Source of the DNA: a virus
Taxonomy: Duplodnaviria; Caudoviricetes
DNA: 25,744 nt
Direction: 5' to 3' (one strand)
IMG/VR virus record: IMGVR_UViG_3300037311_000031
Location: 1 to 25,744 of that record
Positions 10,220 to 18,957 of the stretch are shown piece by piece. The notes below the pieces were generated by a model. That model saw only the letters and a program-made list of their open reading frames with translations, ran no database searches and was not told the DNA's origin. Each line of letters opens with the position of its first letter. Position 1 is the first letter of the stretch. The position numbers were made by a program, and so were the translations under genes.

Positions 10220-11493
10220 TAGACGACAATCGGTGTATAAAGAGGGTCACCGACAGCACAACCGTAACCATAGGTCATGCCGGCCCAAAAAGTCGCTTCG
10301 GCCATTGTATACCCGTTCAGGATCATCTCTAAAATGTCATAATGTACAGGTGTACCGAGAGCGGTGTTATGATTACGAGATCCGATGCCAGTGGAAAAGT
10401 TCGCTACATCCTGAAAATATCTCGTGTAAGAGTCATCATTAGAGGCTCCCACATAACAAAACCCGCCAAGCTGTGACGGGAACTTTGGATACCATGCAAA
10501 GTCATTATTCTGGAATGCAGGGCCGAATGCACCCCAAAACTCTTTACTGAACCCCTCTTGTTCAATATCATCGACCGTGAAATGAGCACCATCTACCGGC
10601 GCGAGATAATCGGCAAGAGGATCACCGAATGTATCGTAGAAATACTCCACATTGGTGAACCCCCTGGATAGTAGAAGCTGGTACATAGCAGCGGCGCGGG
10701 CCGGGTTATTCCTACTATTATACTGGGGGGCGCCGTAACTACCGATACCAAGAATGATGGGCTTAGACCTTGCTTGATCCAAGGTTACCCGACCGCGAAT
10801 AGATCTGGAAATAAGTGAATAAGCACGGTCCACCATCCAAGATGGGAAGCTGGTGCCGCCTAATAGGAAATAACCAATCCTCCCGACCGGGATCAAATTG
10901 AACCGTGAATAATCACGATCGAAGTTAGCTACCGGGCGGAAGAAGTATTGAAACGATTCATCATGGGCGGACCCGACTGCTACCTTTCCATCTCGCCACG
11001 CTTGAGGCGCAGATCGATCAAGATAAGGCGAAGTAGTCGTATTCGTCTCCAGAGAATTTTCAAAGGGGTAAGTACCATCGATACCCCTAAACGGCTGCCA
11101 AGAACCTGAAGCGCCGACACCGCTTTTTGGATCATAACCATCCTCGATAATCTGCTTAAGGTATGCCAACCCATCAGGCAGAGGGAAACGACCATCGACA
11201 CCACCAACAATAGTGCGACAACCAGAGAACAGTGGCACATGACTTGACGCCAGAATCATCTGGCCGTTAATGTCCTGGAACTTCTCGTATAGTGGCTCCC
11301 AAAAATCCGCATACCGATTGGCACTGTAAGCCCATACTTCCGGGTTCGTGCCCATGGCGAACGATTGAACGTTAGCGGCCGGGATGGCATACTGGGCACG
11401 AAAATATGAGGACACGGCAGCGCTGCCGGCCTCGCTACTGTTCTCTAAAATCAGTACGTGATTAAAGAAGTCATCGCGGTCTGTTACACTCAT
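10219..11493 (-). CDS. TIGR03790-like protein
   Basis: N-terminal VLILENSSEAGSAAVSSYFRAQYAIPAANV and C-terminal GYTMAEA...VGDPLYTP resemble, from memory, the ends of the TIGR03790 family. Translationally coupled on both sides and more AT-rich than its neighbours. Confidence 0.55.
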   Translation of the reverse strand: MSVTDRDDFFNHVLILENSSEAGSAAVSSYFRAQYAIPAANVQSFAMGTNPEVWAYSANRYADFWEPLYEKFQDINGQMILASSHVPLFSGCRTIVGGVDGRFPLPDGLAYLKQIIEDGYDPKSGVGASGSWQPFRGIDGTYPFENSLETNTTTSPYLDRSAPQAWRDGKVAVGSAHDESFQYFFRPVANFDRDYSRFNLIPVGRIGYFLLGGTSFPSWMVDRAYSLISRSIRGRVTLDQARSKPIILGIGSYGAPQYNSRNNPARAAAMYQLLLSRGFTNVEYFYDTFGDPLADYLAPVDGAHFTVDDIEQEGFSKEFWGAFGPAFQNNDFAWYPKFPSQLGGFCYVGASNDDSYTRYFQDVANFSTGIGSRNHNTALGTPVHYDILEMILNGYTMAEATFWAGMTYGYGCAVGDPLYTPIVV

Positions 11494-12452
11494 GCGACTT
11501 CTTCCTGCATCACGAAGTTACCACCGGTGCCTTGATTGAACCCGTCATTCCAGCCCTTGGCCCCATCACCGTTGAGGTCGTTGGCCCTCTGCTGACCGCC
11601 GAAGTAAACCAATGGCGAAGTGCCGACATTAGCGAGATTGACGTCCCCGCCCTTGTAAAACTTATCAGGGTCGGTGATATATTTGTCAGCGGTCGTACCC
11701 GCCGCCATCCACACGAAACCGATCTGGCCCTTGAACTTATTAGCCCCAGCAGCACCGGCACCGATATGCCAAAGCGTGGGGCCGGCAATATCAATGTTGC
11801 CGCCAGTGCCGTAGAAATTGCCGGGGCTAGAAAACGGACCAAGTGCCACGCCATTAAGATAGGCAATCAAAGCCATCTGGCCAGCAACCGAACGCCAGCC
11901 CACGTGGACTGTGTAATCCGTGGCTGCGGCAAGCGTACCATAAAGAACGGTGGGGCCATTGGTACCAAAAGCGAACGACGCATCCATGCTGGTGAATGTC
12001 AAATCATCACCAACAACAGTCAGGCCAAACCTGAACGGGATACTGGGAGTCTGGAAAATTACCTTATCGCCGGTGATGTTGTCTAGCCTAAACTTCGATG
12101 CGATAGTGAAGAACCCACTGGCCACGACACCAGTCAGCGCCGACGAACGAACTAGGTAATCATTAATGCCATCAAAGGTTACGTAATTGTGCGGCGCGAC
12201 CATATTGGTCCAGAAGGCAAGCTCCATGTCGGATAGCGCCCCGGTATACCCGAGGTCGCGGAGCTGCTTTTCCCGCATATCGGGTACGGCCCGTGGTCCG
12301 TACCCCTCAGAAACCAAATAGGTGTACCAGCGGTCGATTACCGTGCCGCCGACGCCACCGTTGTCCCCGAGCCACTCAAACAACATATCCCTAGCCGAAC
12401 CCGTGTAACCGAGGGCACGCAGGGCCTGGAAACGGGCATCGGCTAGGGACAT
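11490..12452 (-). CDS. Virion accessory protein: repeated N-terminal motif plus concanavalin A/LamG-like lectin domain
   Basis: Internal repeat LRALGYTGSARDM / LRDLGYTGALSDM. YVTFDGINDYL, AYLNGVAL, WHIGAG and FKGQIG match the LamG-like pattern. Confidence 0.65.
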   Translation of the reverse strand: MSLADARFQALRALGYTGSARDMLFEWLGDNGGVGGTVIDRWYTYLVSEGYGPRAVPDMREKQLRDLGYTGALSDMELAFWTNMVAPHNYVTFDGINDYLVRSSALTGVVASGFFTIASKFRLDNITGDKVIFQTPSIPFRFGLTVVGDDLTFTSMDASFAFGTNGPTVLYGTLAAATDYTVHVGWRSVAGQMALIAYLNGVALGPFSSPGNFYGTGGNIDIAGPTLWHIGAGAAGANKFKGQIGFVWMAAGTTADKYITDPDKFYKGGDVNLANVGTSPLVYFGGQQRANDLNGDGAKGWNDGFNQGTGGNFVMQEEVA

Positions 12453-12455
12453 GAT

Positions 12456-12665
12456 TTAACCCTTCTTGGACTTTTCGACCGGAGGCGGCTGCACCGTCTC
12501 AGGCTGTGGCGGCTCCGGAGGCGGATCATCCTTGACCCCAAGGTGGAGCTTGATGGCGGTAAGCTCGATCTGGAGCTTGGCCGAGATCTCCTCCGGCGGC
12601 ATGCCATCACCGGCAAGCTTATGAATCTCGTTGATTTCGACGAAGTTCGGGCCTGATTTGTACAT
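12456..12665 (-). CDS. Small hypothetical protein (69 aa; possible HTH-like N-terminus, Pro-rich tail)
   Basis: RBS AGGAGA precedes ATG 12665 (MYKSGPNFVEINEIHKLAGDGMPPEEISAKL). The ORF-track start at 12713 runs through the palindrome and is unlikely. Confidence 0.65.
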   Translation of the reverse strand: MYKSGPNFVEINEIHKLAGDGMPPEEISAKLQIELTAIKLHLGVKDDPPPEPPQPETVQPPPVEKSKKG

Positions 12666-12677
12666 GTATCTCTCCTG

Positions 12678-12711
12678 AAAAAGGGACCGGTCCCGACGTC
12701 GGGACCGGTCC
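12678..12711 (-). terminator. Probable intrinsic terminator after the capsid gene, formed by a 28-bp perfect palindrome (copy 2 of the dispersed element)
   Basis: GGACCGGTCCCGAC|GTCGGGACCGGTCC (12684-12711) followed on the minus strand by CTTTTT, 16 nt after the capsid stop. Confidence 0.7.
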
Positions 12712-12726
12712 AACCCCGCACACCCC

Positions 12727-13617
12727 TTACGTCAGGGAGTTCTTGAGCTTAAGCCAGACGAGGTGCTCGTCCTCGACGCGGACGGCGCCCATCTCGGCAG
12801 CGGCGTAAATACGCCACGCAAAGCTCACAGTCGGATCTTCGGCCACCCGGGTCCAGATATCTCGATTGACCTGCAGACCGATCGCACGCCGTGTCATGGC
12901 GAAGCAATCAATCGTACCGGCACCGCCACCAGCAAGGAGGCGGGTCGAGACGACCCACGAATAGCCCATCCAGTTATCAACGTAACCGCGAGCCTGCAGC
13001 GGGCGAAGAGCGTTGAAATCGGCGTTCGTGGCCTCGGCAATCTGCAGGAGCTTGCGCGCCTGCGTCGGACCGATAACGAACACCTTCGGCTCGTCGGGAT
13101 CAATGTCCTTCGACATAAACTTCTCGGTCACGGCAGTGACGAGATCGAAGGACATAAGGGCGGTGGCGCCGTAGTCACCGAGGATCTGACCAGCGGGCAC
13201 GGCATTGGCATTGCCGTCACCGTCGAGGGCAGTACCGGTAGCAGCCGCGATGATGCGATCATCGACACCGCGCCGCATGGCGTAGCCCTGGGCCATACCG
13301 ATAGCGGAATTAGGATCGATGAGCGTTCGCGTCGGGTCTTCCTGCTCAAGCAGGTCACCAACGTGGAACACCGTGGGCTGGGACACACGCCGCGAGAACG
13401 GCGTATCGGTCACGGGGGTAGCAACGGCTCGGGAAACCGTACCGGCGGCCGACTTGGTCGACGGGTTGACGGTACCGACGCGCTCCCAGTTATGGTCATC
13501 GGCGCCGTTGCCCTTCTCCATCACGAACGGACGGAGGCGGGCGACAGTCTGCTGGGCGTAGTGACGAACGATGTTCTCGTACGTCTTTACGAAGACTTTG
13601 GAAACCGTGTTTACCAC
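12727..13617 (-). CDS. Major capsid protein
   Basis: 296 aa with strong codon bias, RBS AGGAG and a GTG start. Motifs AQGYAMRRGVDDRII, WMGYSWVVSTRL and MGAVRVEDEHLV are typical of this podovirus capsid family. It follows the scaffold gene. Confidence 0.92.
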   Translation of the reverse strand: MVNTVSKVFVKTYENIVRHYAQQTVARLRPFVMEKGNGADDHNWERVGTVNPSTKSAAGTVSRAVATPVTDTPFSRRVSQPTVFHVGDLLEQEDPTRTLIDPNSAIGMAQGYAMRRGVDDRIIAAATGTALDGDGNANAVPAGQILGDYGATALMSFDLVTAVTEKFMSKDIDPDEPKVFVIGPTQARKLLQIAEATNADFNALRPLQARGYVDNWMGYSWVVSTRLLAGGGAGTIDCFAMTRRAIGLQVNRDIWTRVAEDPTVSFAWRIYAAAEMGAVRVEDEHLVWLKLKNSLT

Positions 13618-13655
13618 GATCTTAGCTCCTGAACAATGGTTTAAAACTATCGCTC

Positions 13656-13750
13656 GGAGCTACCCGGTCGTTCCCGGACCCCTTGCTTGCGGTTACGGTG
13701 CCGCCAGCCGGAGGCGGCGGCCGGACCCTGATTAGAGCTACCCGGCCGCC
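13656..13750 (-). promoter_or_regulatory. Structured 5' leader of capsid mRNA with two copies of one internal-loop motif
   Basis: Two hairpins (13716-13750 and 13656-13682), each pairing CCGG-GUAG-CUC with GGG-U-CCGG. Confidence 0.7.
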
Positions 13751-13765
13751 GTACCTTCATGGGGA

Positions 13766-13795
13766 ATTAGAACACGAGAGACACCCCGCCGTCAA
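13766..13795 (-). promoter_or_regulatory. Sigma70-type promoter for the capsid gene
   Basis: cTTGACG, 18-nt spacer ending CGTGT, TCTAAT; same architecture as five other sites. Confidence 0.75.
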
Positions 13796-13800
13796 GTATC

Positions 13801-14598
13801 TCAATCGACGACGAGCGCGGTGAGTTCCAACATCCGCTTCTTCGCGGATTCGTGGCCGGGCGCCTCCTTGTTCCAGTAGGCATGGTCACGGTTCCCGAGG
13901 ATCTCGTCGATGGCGGACTGAGCCTGGGCCGGGGTCAGCTTGCCGGGCGACCCATCACCACGATCCTGATTGTGCTCGCCACCGATCTGAGTAACCAGCG
14001 AATCGAGCCACATCATGGTCGACTTGGGTAGGCTGTCCGTCGAGAAAGCCTCGACAAGGTCCTCGGGAGCGTCGTTGGACTTGAGGAAGACCTCGATGTT
14101 CTTCTTCTTGTCCTCAAACGCGGACCCCCACTCCTTCTGGAGCTCCTTGTGCTCCTCCGACAGCTTGGCCTTGGCATCATCGCGGCCGGTCATAACCTTG
14201 TCAGCAAGCTTCGAAACAAACTTTTCGAACTGACGCTGAGTCATGCCGGCCTCATGGGCGTAAGCCGTGACGTCCGAAAGGTCATCGAAGTCCTTGTACT
14301 TCTCAGGAACCTTATAACCCTTAGGATCATCGGGCACGCCGATGGTCTTATTGAACTCTTTGACGCTGTTTTCGTCATCGAAGTTCGGGGCAGGGATCAG
14401 ACCGGGCACCTTCTCACGAAGCTTAGTATTGAACTCCTGCCGGTCCTTGTCCGAAGCATCCTTGCCCGGGATACGGAGCGACGTGCCAAGGAAGCTCTGC
14501 TGGTCCACGAACTGCTTGGCCAACGAGTTAACATCAGCAACGTCCTTGAGGGCCGGGGCCTCCTTGAGTTCCGGCGGCAGTGAATCTTTCCAGCTCAT
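13801..14598 (-). CDS. Capsid scaffolding/assembly protein
   Basis: MSWKDSLPPELK, IGVPDDPKGYK, AHEAGMTQRQ, LQKEWGSAFE and C-terminal HAYWNKEAPGHE; located between portal and capsid. Confidence 0.85.
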   Translation of the reverse strand: MSWKDSLPPELKEAPALKDVADVNSLAKQFVDQQSFLGTSLRIPGKDASDKDRQEFNTKLREKVPGLIPAPNFDDENSVKEFNKTIGVPDDPKGYKVPEKYKDFDDLSDVTAYAHEAGMTQRQFEKFVSKLADKVMTGRDDAKAKLSEEHKELQKEWGSAFEDKKKNIEVFLKSNDAPEDLVEAFSTDSLPKSTMMWLDSLVTQIGGEHNQDRGDGSPGKLTPAQAQSAIDEILGNRDHAYWNKEAPGHESAKKRMLELTALVVD

Positions 14599-14819
14599 TT
14601 CGTGCTCTCCTTTGCGAGGTTAATAAGTTGTTCGATGTACATTACTACATCGCGTCTGCCGAGATTGAACTCGGTTCTATCACTGTCTTCTACGTACAGA
14701 TTGGGTCCATTGAACTCTTGGTGTAAAACCTCAAGCATCTTCTGACCGTCAGGTGTAGTGAATACCTTCCTGGCCCGTATCGATTTATCAAGCAACTTCT
14801 GCGGTATCTGGGCTTTCAC
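14595..14819 (-). CDS. Small conserved protein after portal (Bbp19-like)
   Basis: VFTTPDGQKMLEVL...TEFNLGRRDVVMYI motif and position between portal and scaffold. Confidence 0.7.
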   Translation of the reverse strand: MKAQIPQKLLDKSIRARKVFTTPDGQKMLEVLHQEFNGPNLYVEDSDRTEFNLGRRDVVMYIEQLINLAKESTK

Positions 14820-16482
14820 TCATTTCCCCTTGCTGTGGTGGTGTAACTGCTGCGGCCTCCCCGACCGCCTTGGCGCCCTTGCCCATCTGCTCAGCAAGCT
14901 GGGCCTGGGCCATCTGACTCTCCATCTGCTTACGGCCCTTACGGCGCGTAGTGATCTCCTTCTCAGAATTAAGCATCGTCGCAGGCACACCCTCCAGAAT
15001 CGCGAGTTCAGTCGCAATGTTATCGAAGTTCGGAACATCGAGAACGGAAGGCTCAACCTGAGAAAGCTCACTGAGCGTAGCGACCCAGCGGCTGACACCC
15101 ATGACCAGATCAGTACGCTGGGCACGAATAAGCGGGCCAGTGTAAACGATATCCAACTCATTATCAGCATCCTCGGACGCCGCGATCGCGGGCGGGGGCG
15201 GGATCACCCCAGCACGGAGCAGGATATTAAAGGTTCGCTGGACCATTGGATCTAGGTAATCTGAACGAAGCCGACCGGCCGTTGGGCCGAGCAAACGCTG
15301 CATCAACTCGTAGCGGATGTTCGACTCAGTGGCCGACATTTGGGGCGAGTCTTTAAGCTGCAGCTGATCAACGTAAAAAATCTTGTTGATCGATTCCTGC
15401 AGACCCGCCTTCTGTAGCTCAGACACGTCGAAACGAGCAGCAGACTCATGGGTGCCAATATCGTCCATCGACCTCACAACCACGACCCTATCGCCCGACA
15501 TATCGAGATCGGAAAGGAGGCCACGCTCAGTCACCTTGGTGACGGGGTCGATAGCCTTATCAGCGGCAGTGAGAGTCATCTCAACCAGCTGATTAAGGGT
15601 CAGGATATCCGGCATGGCGACCATGGCCGGGCTATGACCCCACATTGACTTGCTGGTGCGGCGCCAGCGGGGCATGAAGGCCGGCATCTCGTAGTAGCCG
15701 TGCTCATCGCCCATTTGCTCACCGGTTTCCTGCATCACGTACTTGACACCGTACGGGCGATTCTTGGGTGCGAGCTTCTTGAAAGAATTCTTGTTCTTGG
15801 CCTTGTTAGGTCGCGGATAAACACACATGATGACTTCGATCTTGTCACTACTGACAGGATCTTTCTCATGTAGGTCCTTGATCTTTTGTGGGACCTTATC
15901 ATCGCCAAACTTGGTGATGATCTGGAGCGGAGTCCAGAAATAGCGGCGATAGAAAATCTCGATCCGGCCGCGATGGTCAAGCTCGGCTACGCAGTCATCG
16001 ACAGGCACGCATTCGAAGGATAACTCACGATAGCGGTTATTGCTATCAGCGATTTCTTCCTCGACAATGAATCCGGACCCGTACCCAGTCAGATCGAGGT
16101 ACAGTTCATTGCTCTCAAGATCGAAATTGGAGTCCTGTAAGGCAAGATGACACTTACTGGACGCATCCTGTAGCCACTTCCGGGCTTCCTGATCCTTGTT
16201 AATGTTCGGGTTACGAAACATCAATTCGAACCAGCGGTAAGCCGACGAAGTGAGGGAACTGTGCATCGACGAGGCAAGGATGTTGGCAGCATTTACCGCC
16301 GTGGAGTCGAAGATCTGCCGGTTAGCCCGCCAGTCTACGGCATTTTCATCGGCACTGGTATTGCCGTAAATGTCACCCCGGTAGGGGAACACATACCTAT
16401 TGACGAGATCCCATACGGACTCGATACCACTACGTTGCTGCTTGAGAGAATTGTAGCGGGTGCGAATTGACTTAGGTTCCAT
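14788..16482 (-). CDS. Portal (head-to-tail connector) protein
   Basis: 564 aa; IFDSTAVNAANILAS, SNFDLESNELYLDLTGYG, WGHSPAMVAMPDI and MSATES...LLGP motifs of the T7 gp8/BPP-1-type portal. Confidence 0.95.
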   Translation of the reverse strand: MEPKSIRTRYNSLKQQRSGIESVWDLVNRYVFPYRGDIYGNTSADENAVDWRANRQIFDSTAVNAANILASSMHSSLTSSAYRWFELMFRNPNINKDQEARKWLQDASSKCHLALQDSNFDLESNELYLDLTGYGSGFIVEEEIADSNNRYRELSFECVPVDDCVAELDHRGRIEIFYRRYFWTPLQIITKFGDDKVPQKIKDLHEKDPVSSDKIEVIMCVYPRPNKAKNKNSFKKLAPKNRPYGVKYVMQETGEQMGDEHGYYEMPAFMPRWRRTSKSMWGHSPAMVAMPDILTLNQLVEMTLTAADKAIDPVTKVTERGLLSDLDMSGDRVVVVRSMDDIGTHESAARFDVSELQKAGLQESINKIFYVDQLQLKDSPQMSATESNIRYELMQRLLGPTAGRLRSDYLDPMVQRTFNILLRAGVIPPPPAIAASEDADNELDIVYTGPLIRAQRTDLVMGVSRWVATLSELSQVEPSVLDVPNFDNIATELAILEGVPATMLNSEKEITTRRKGRKQMESQMAQAQLAEQMGKGAKAVGEAAAVTPPQQGEMSESPDTAEVA

Positions 16483-17860
16483 TTCTCATCGATCGGATTA
16501 CCCGACGACCTCCAAGAATCAGGCCAGACGTCCGCTTGACGCCATAGGATTTGATGACACGCCGATCGGTGGTAGGAATCCGGGAATCGGTCCCGGTATC
16601 AACCCAACCCAATGATAGGTAGCGCATCGCGTCGGCGGCGTGCGATGCCCAATCGTGGACCGGTCGGTCGCTGAAAACGTTATTCTTCTCGTCGAACTTG
16701 CGACGATAGGAGCGCAGGGCGGAGATGAGCTTCTCGGTCGCGGGTTTGTTGAACCGGGCGACCCGGAGCATGCGGCGGGTGGCGTCTATCCCGTCCGCGA
16801 TGCTGATATTCGGGATAAGTTCGAAAGATACACCAAGCGAAGCCGCAATTTCCCGCCTTGTCTTTGCGGAACTCCACTCCCTCTGTTCAAGGTCGTGGGG
16901 ACCATAGTGCTCATCGAAGATGTAGTCGGTATTTTTAAGTTCCCTAGCCCAGTAGTCAACACCCTTGTTTCGCTCTTCGAAGTAGTCGATAATGTCAGGC
17001 TTCCCATAGGAGTTACGCTGTGTGATAATGATGGAATTAGCATCGCGGACACCGATATCCCACCATGACTGACACGGGCGCGAGGGATCGTGGGGGAAGT
17101 GACCGATCCTGCCCTGGGTTTCTGCGAGCTTGATCTCGTCCGTGTAATACGACCCCTCTAGGCCGATTTCGAACGAGCAGTAGTACTCCTGCTGGATTTT
17201 CTCTGGCGCCATTCCCGAGCGGCGCTCTTCTTCAATAATCTCCGGGCCAATGACTGGAGTACCGTCATGGCGTTTAGTATCATCCACAGTAAGAAGAGAG
17301 TAAAACCAGTTCGGATTATTCCGAGCCATTTCCGACAGGTGATACCCATGATTCTTACCACGAGGAGTGTAAATGAAGATGGCCCAGCCGCCGTTTTCTG
17401 CTAGGATCGGCCGGAGGTAATCCCAGGCCGCCGGGTCGGCAACCGAGTACTCAGAGAAAACTACGCCGACAGGGTTGGTGCCGACGAGTCGGTCGTAGTT
17501 GTCAGACCCGACGATCTGATAGATAGACCCGTTGGCGAGGTTTATCTTCATCTCCGAATCGTTGGGTTCCTTGGCGCGGATTTCAGGCGGGAAAGCCTGA
17601 TCAATCATCCGCCGGCCATCACGATCAATGCCATCCCAAATGACGCGACGGCCCTGATTCAGAGTCGGGAGCATGTGCCAGATCGTGCCGACCCGCAGCT
17701 GGGAAGCCACAGCCGCGAGGTTTAGTGCGCTGGAGTCCTTGCCGGAGCGGCGATGCCAGACCAGAGCCGCCCGCTTACGGTCCATCCCGTCCTTCAACAT
17801 GTAGTGGAAGAACGGGCGCTGGTAATCGCGGGCGGACCACTGGTTAGGCAGCGTTATCAT
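16472..17860 (-). CDS. terL: Terminase large subunit
   Basis: Walker A-like VWHRRSGKD, VVFSEY (Walker B-like), TPRGKN coupling motif, QEYYCSF, nuclease WDIG and HDWASHAADAMRY. Confidence 0.95.
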   Translation of the reverse strand: MITLPNQWSARDYQRPFFHYMLKDGMDRKRAALVWHRRSGKDSSALNLAAVASQLRVGTIWHMLPTLNQGRRVIWDGIDRDGRRMIDQAFPPEIRAKEPNDSEMKINLANGSIYQIVGSDNYDRLVGTNPVGVVFSEYSVADPAAWDYLRPILAENGGWAIFIYTPRGKNHGYHLSEMARNNPNWFYSLLTVDDTKRHDGTPVIGPEIIEEERRSGMAPEKIQQEYYCSFEIGLEGSYYTDEIKLAETQGRIGHFPHDPSRPCQSWWDIGVRDANSIIITQRNSYGKPDIIDYFEERNKGVDYWARELKNTDYIFDEHYGPHDLEQREWSSAKTRREIAASLGVSFELIPNISIADGIDATRRMLRVARFNKPATEKLISALRSYRRKFDEKNNVFSDRPVHDWASHAADAMRYLSLGWVDTGTDSRIPTTDRRVIKSYGVKRTSGLILGGRRVIRSMRNGT

Positions 17861-18377
17861 CTAACTCTCCATCGATGACGACACCGACCTGCTTGGTTTC
17901 ACCAACCATCGCCGACATATCGAAGTTGATGATAACGGGCCGCTTCTTCTCGTTCCCGAGCGGGGCGATATACCCGGAATGCTTCGCCATCATGTCAATG
18001 ATACGAAGATGCGACGAAGCGTCGTACCGCTGGGTAGTAACAGAAATACCCATCCCGGGGACGAACTCAGAAACAGCCTCGTCACCCTTGGCACGGGGAA
18101 GGGCAACATGTAAGATTTCATGCTCAACCAGCGCCTTCGAAATGAGGGACGTACGCTCGACGTCTGCCTGGAGAAATCCAATAAACTCTCGGATGCGGGG
18201 ATCGCGCAGAAGGTTGATACCTCGATGGCGGGAGTAACCCGCCGCCTCGGCCGCATTAGAGTGATTGTAGTCTACCAGGTAACGGAACGCGAATGTTCGC
18301 TCCTGTGGCGTGAGCGATTCCCCGGGCAGCGACTCTTTCGTAATCGGCTCCGATCCGGTAGGTAGCTTCTCGGGCAC
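17844..18377 (-). CDS. terS: Terminase small subunit
   Basis: LTPQERTFAFRYLVDYNHSNAAEAAGYS...LLRDPRIREFI is the TerS HTH signature. GGAGG lies 6 nt before GTG 18377 (the ORF track starts at 18401). Confidence 0.85.
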   Translation of the reverse strand: MPEKLPTGSEPITKESLPGESLTPQERTFAFRYLVDYNHSNAAEAAGYSRHRGINLLRDPRIREFIGFLQADVERTSLISKALVEHEILHVALPRAKGDEAVSEFVPGMGISVTTQRYDASSHLRIIDMMAKHSGYIAPLGNEKKRPVIINFDMSAMVGETKQVGVVIDGELDDNAA

Positions 18378-18502
18378 GGACGACCTCCAGAAGACGTGCA
18401 TTCAAAACGGACTCGCGATCCTCTAAACCACATTCCTCGGCCGCGACCGTATACGTCAGCGGAGGAAGAACGCGGGTGAGCGCATATACGAGCATGGGAG
18501 AT

Positions 18503-18532
18503 ATCGTATCACGGACGGGGGGTCGCCGTCAA
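18503..18532 (-). promoter_or_regulatory. Sigma70-type promoter of the late/packaging operon
   Basis: cTTGACG, 18-nt spacer ending CGTGA, TACGAT. Confidence 0.8.
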
Positions 18533-18535
18533 GTG

Positions 18536-18573
18536 TATAAGGGTTCGGAGGCGGACGGTATATAAGGGTTCGG
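18536..18573. repeat. 13-bp direct repeat TATAAGGGTTCGG x2
   Basis: Exact copies at 18536-18548 and 18561-18573, just upstream of the late promoter -35. Confidence 0.9.
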
Positions 18574-18822
18574 GGCCGAATCGGTCCCGGTTGGAGGAGA
18601 TGGAAAGCCGCGAGGCGCCGGCTTTTCGCCCGGGGGTGCTGGGTGCCTGCGCTCGCCCGCGTGCGCGCTTTGGTCGTTCCCGCCCCCGTGCGCCCGCCCG
18701 CGTTTCGTGGTGTGCGGCCCCCGGCCCCGGGCCGGGTTGCTGCGTTGCGGCGCGTCGCGGGGGCGCGTGCGCCGTGTGCGGGTTTGCGCCCGCCCGTCGT
18801 GCGCCCCCGGTTCTGTCGGTTG

Positions 18823-18891
18823 CCGTTCGTCGCCCGTCTTGTGCCGTTCGTCGGCGGGGGCTTGCGCCCGGCCCCCGTTTCGTGTTTTCCT
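18823..18891 (+). promoter_or_regulatory. Putative adenine-free early promoter with upstream tandem CCGTTCGTCG boxes
   Basis: cTTGCGC (18862-18867), 18-nt spacer ending CGTGT, TTTCCT (18886-18891). Boxes at 18823 and 18844 parallel those at 20273 and 20294. Confidence 0.5.
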
Positions 18892-18957
18892 TGCTCTTGC
18901 CGGGGCCGCCCCGGCCGCCCGCCCCGGGCGCCCCGGGGACCGACAGGAGAAACGCCC

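Noticed and set aside
12443-12727. Capsid read-through or frameshift extension as in T7 10A/10B; 92-aa ORF through the palindrome
   Set aside because: No slippery sequence at the capsid 3' end, and the next gene has its own RBS and ATG at 12665.
13648-13760. 37-codon leaderless ORF (MKVRRPGSS...) in the capsid leader, minus strand
   Set aside because: Composition is not protein-like, and the repeats are better explained by RNA structure.
362-18365. Many plus-strand ORFs antisense to the structural genes
   Set aside because: Shadow ORFs expected from GC-biased codon usage on the coding strand; no RBS or recognisable motifs.
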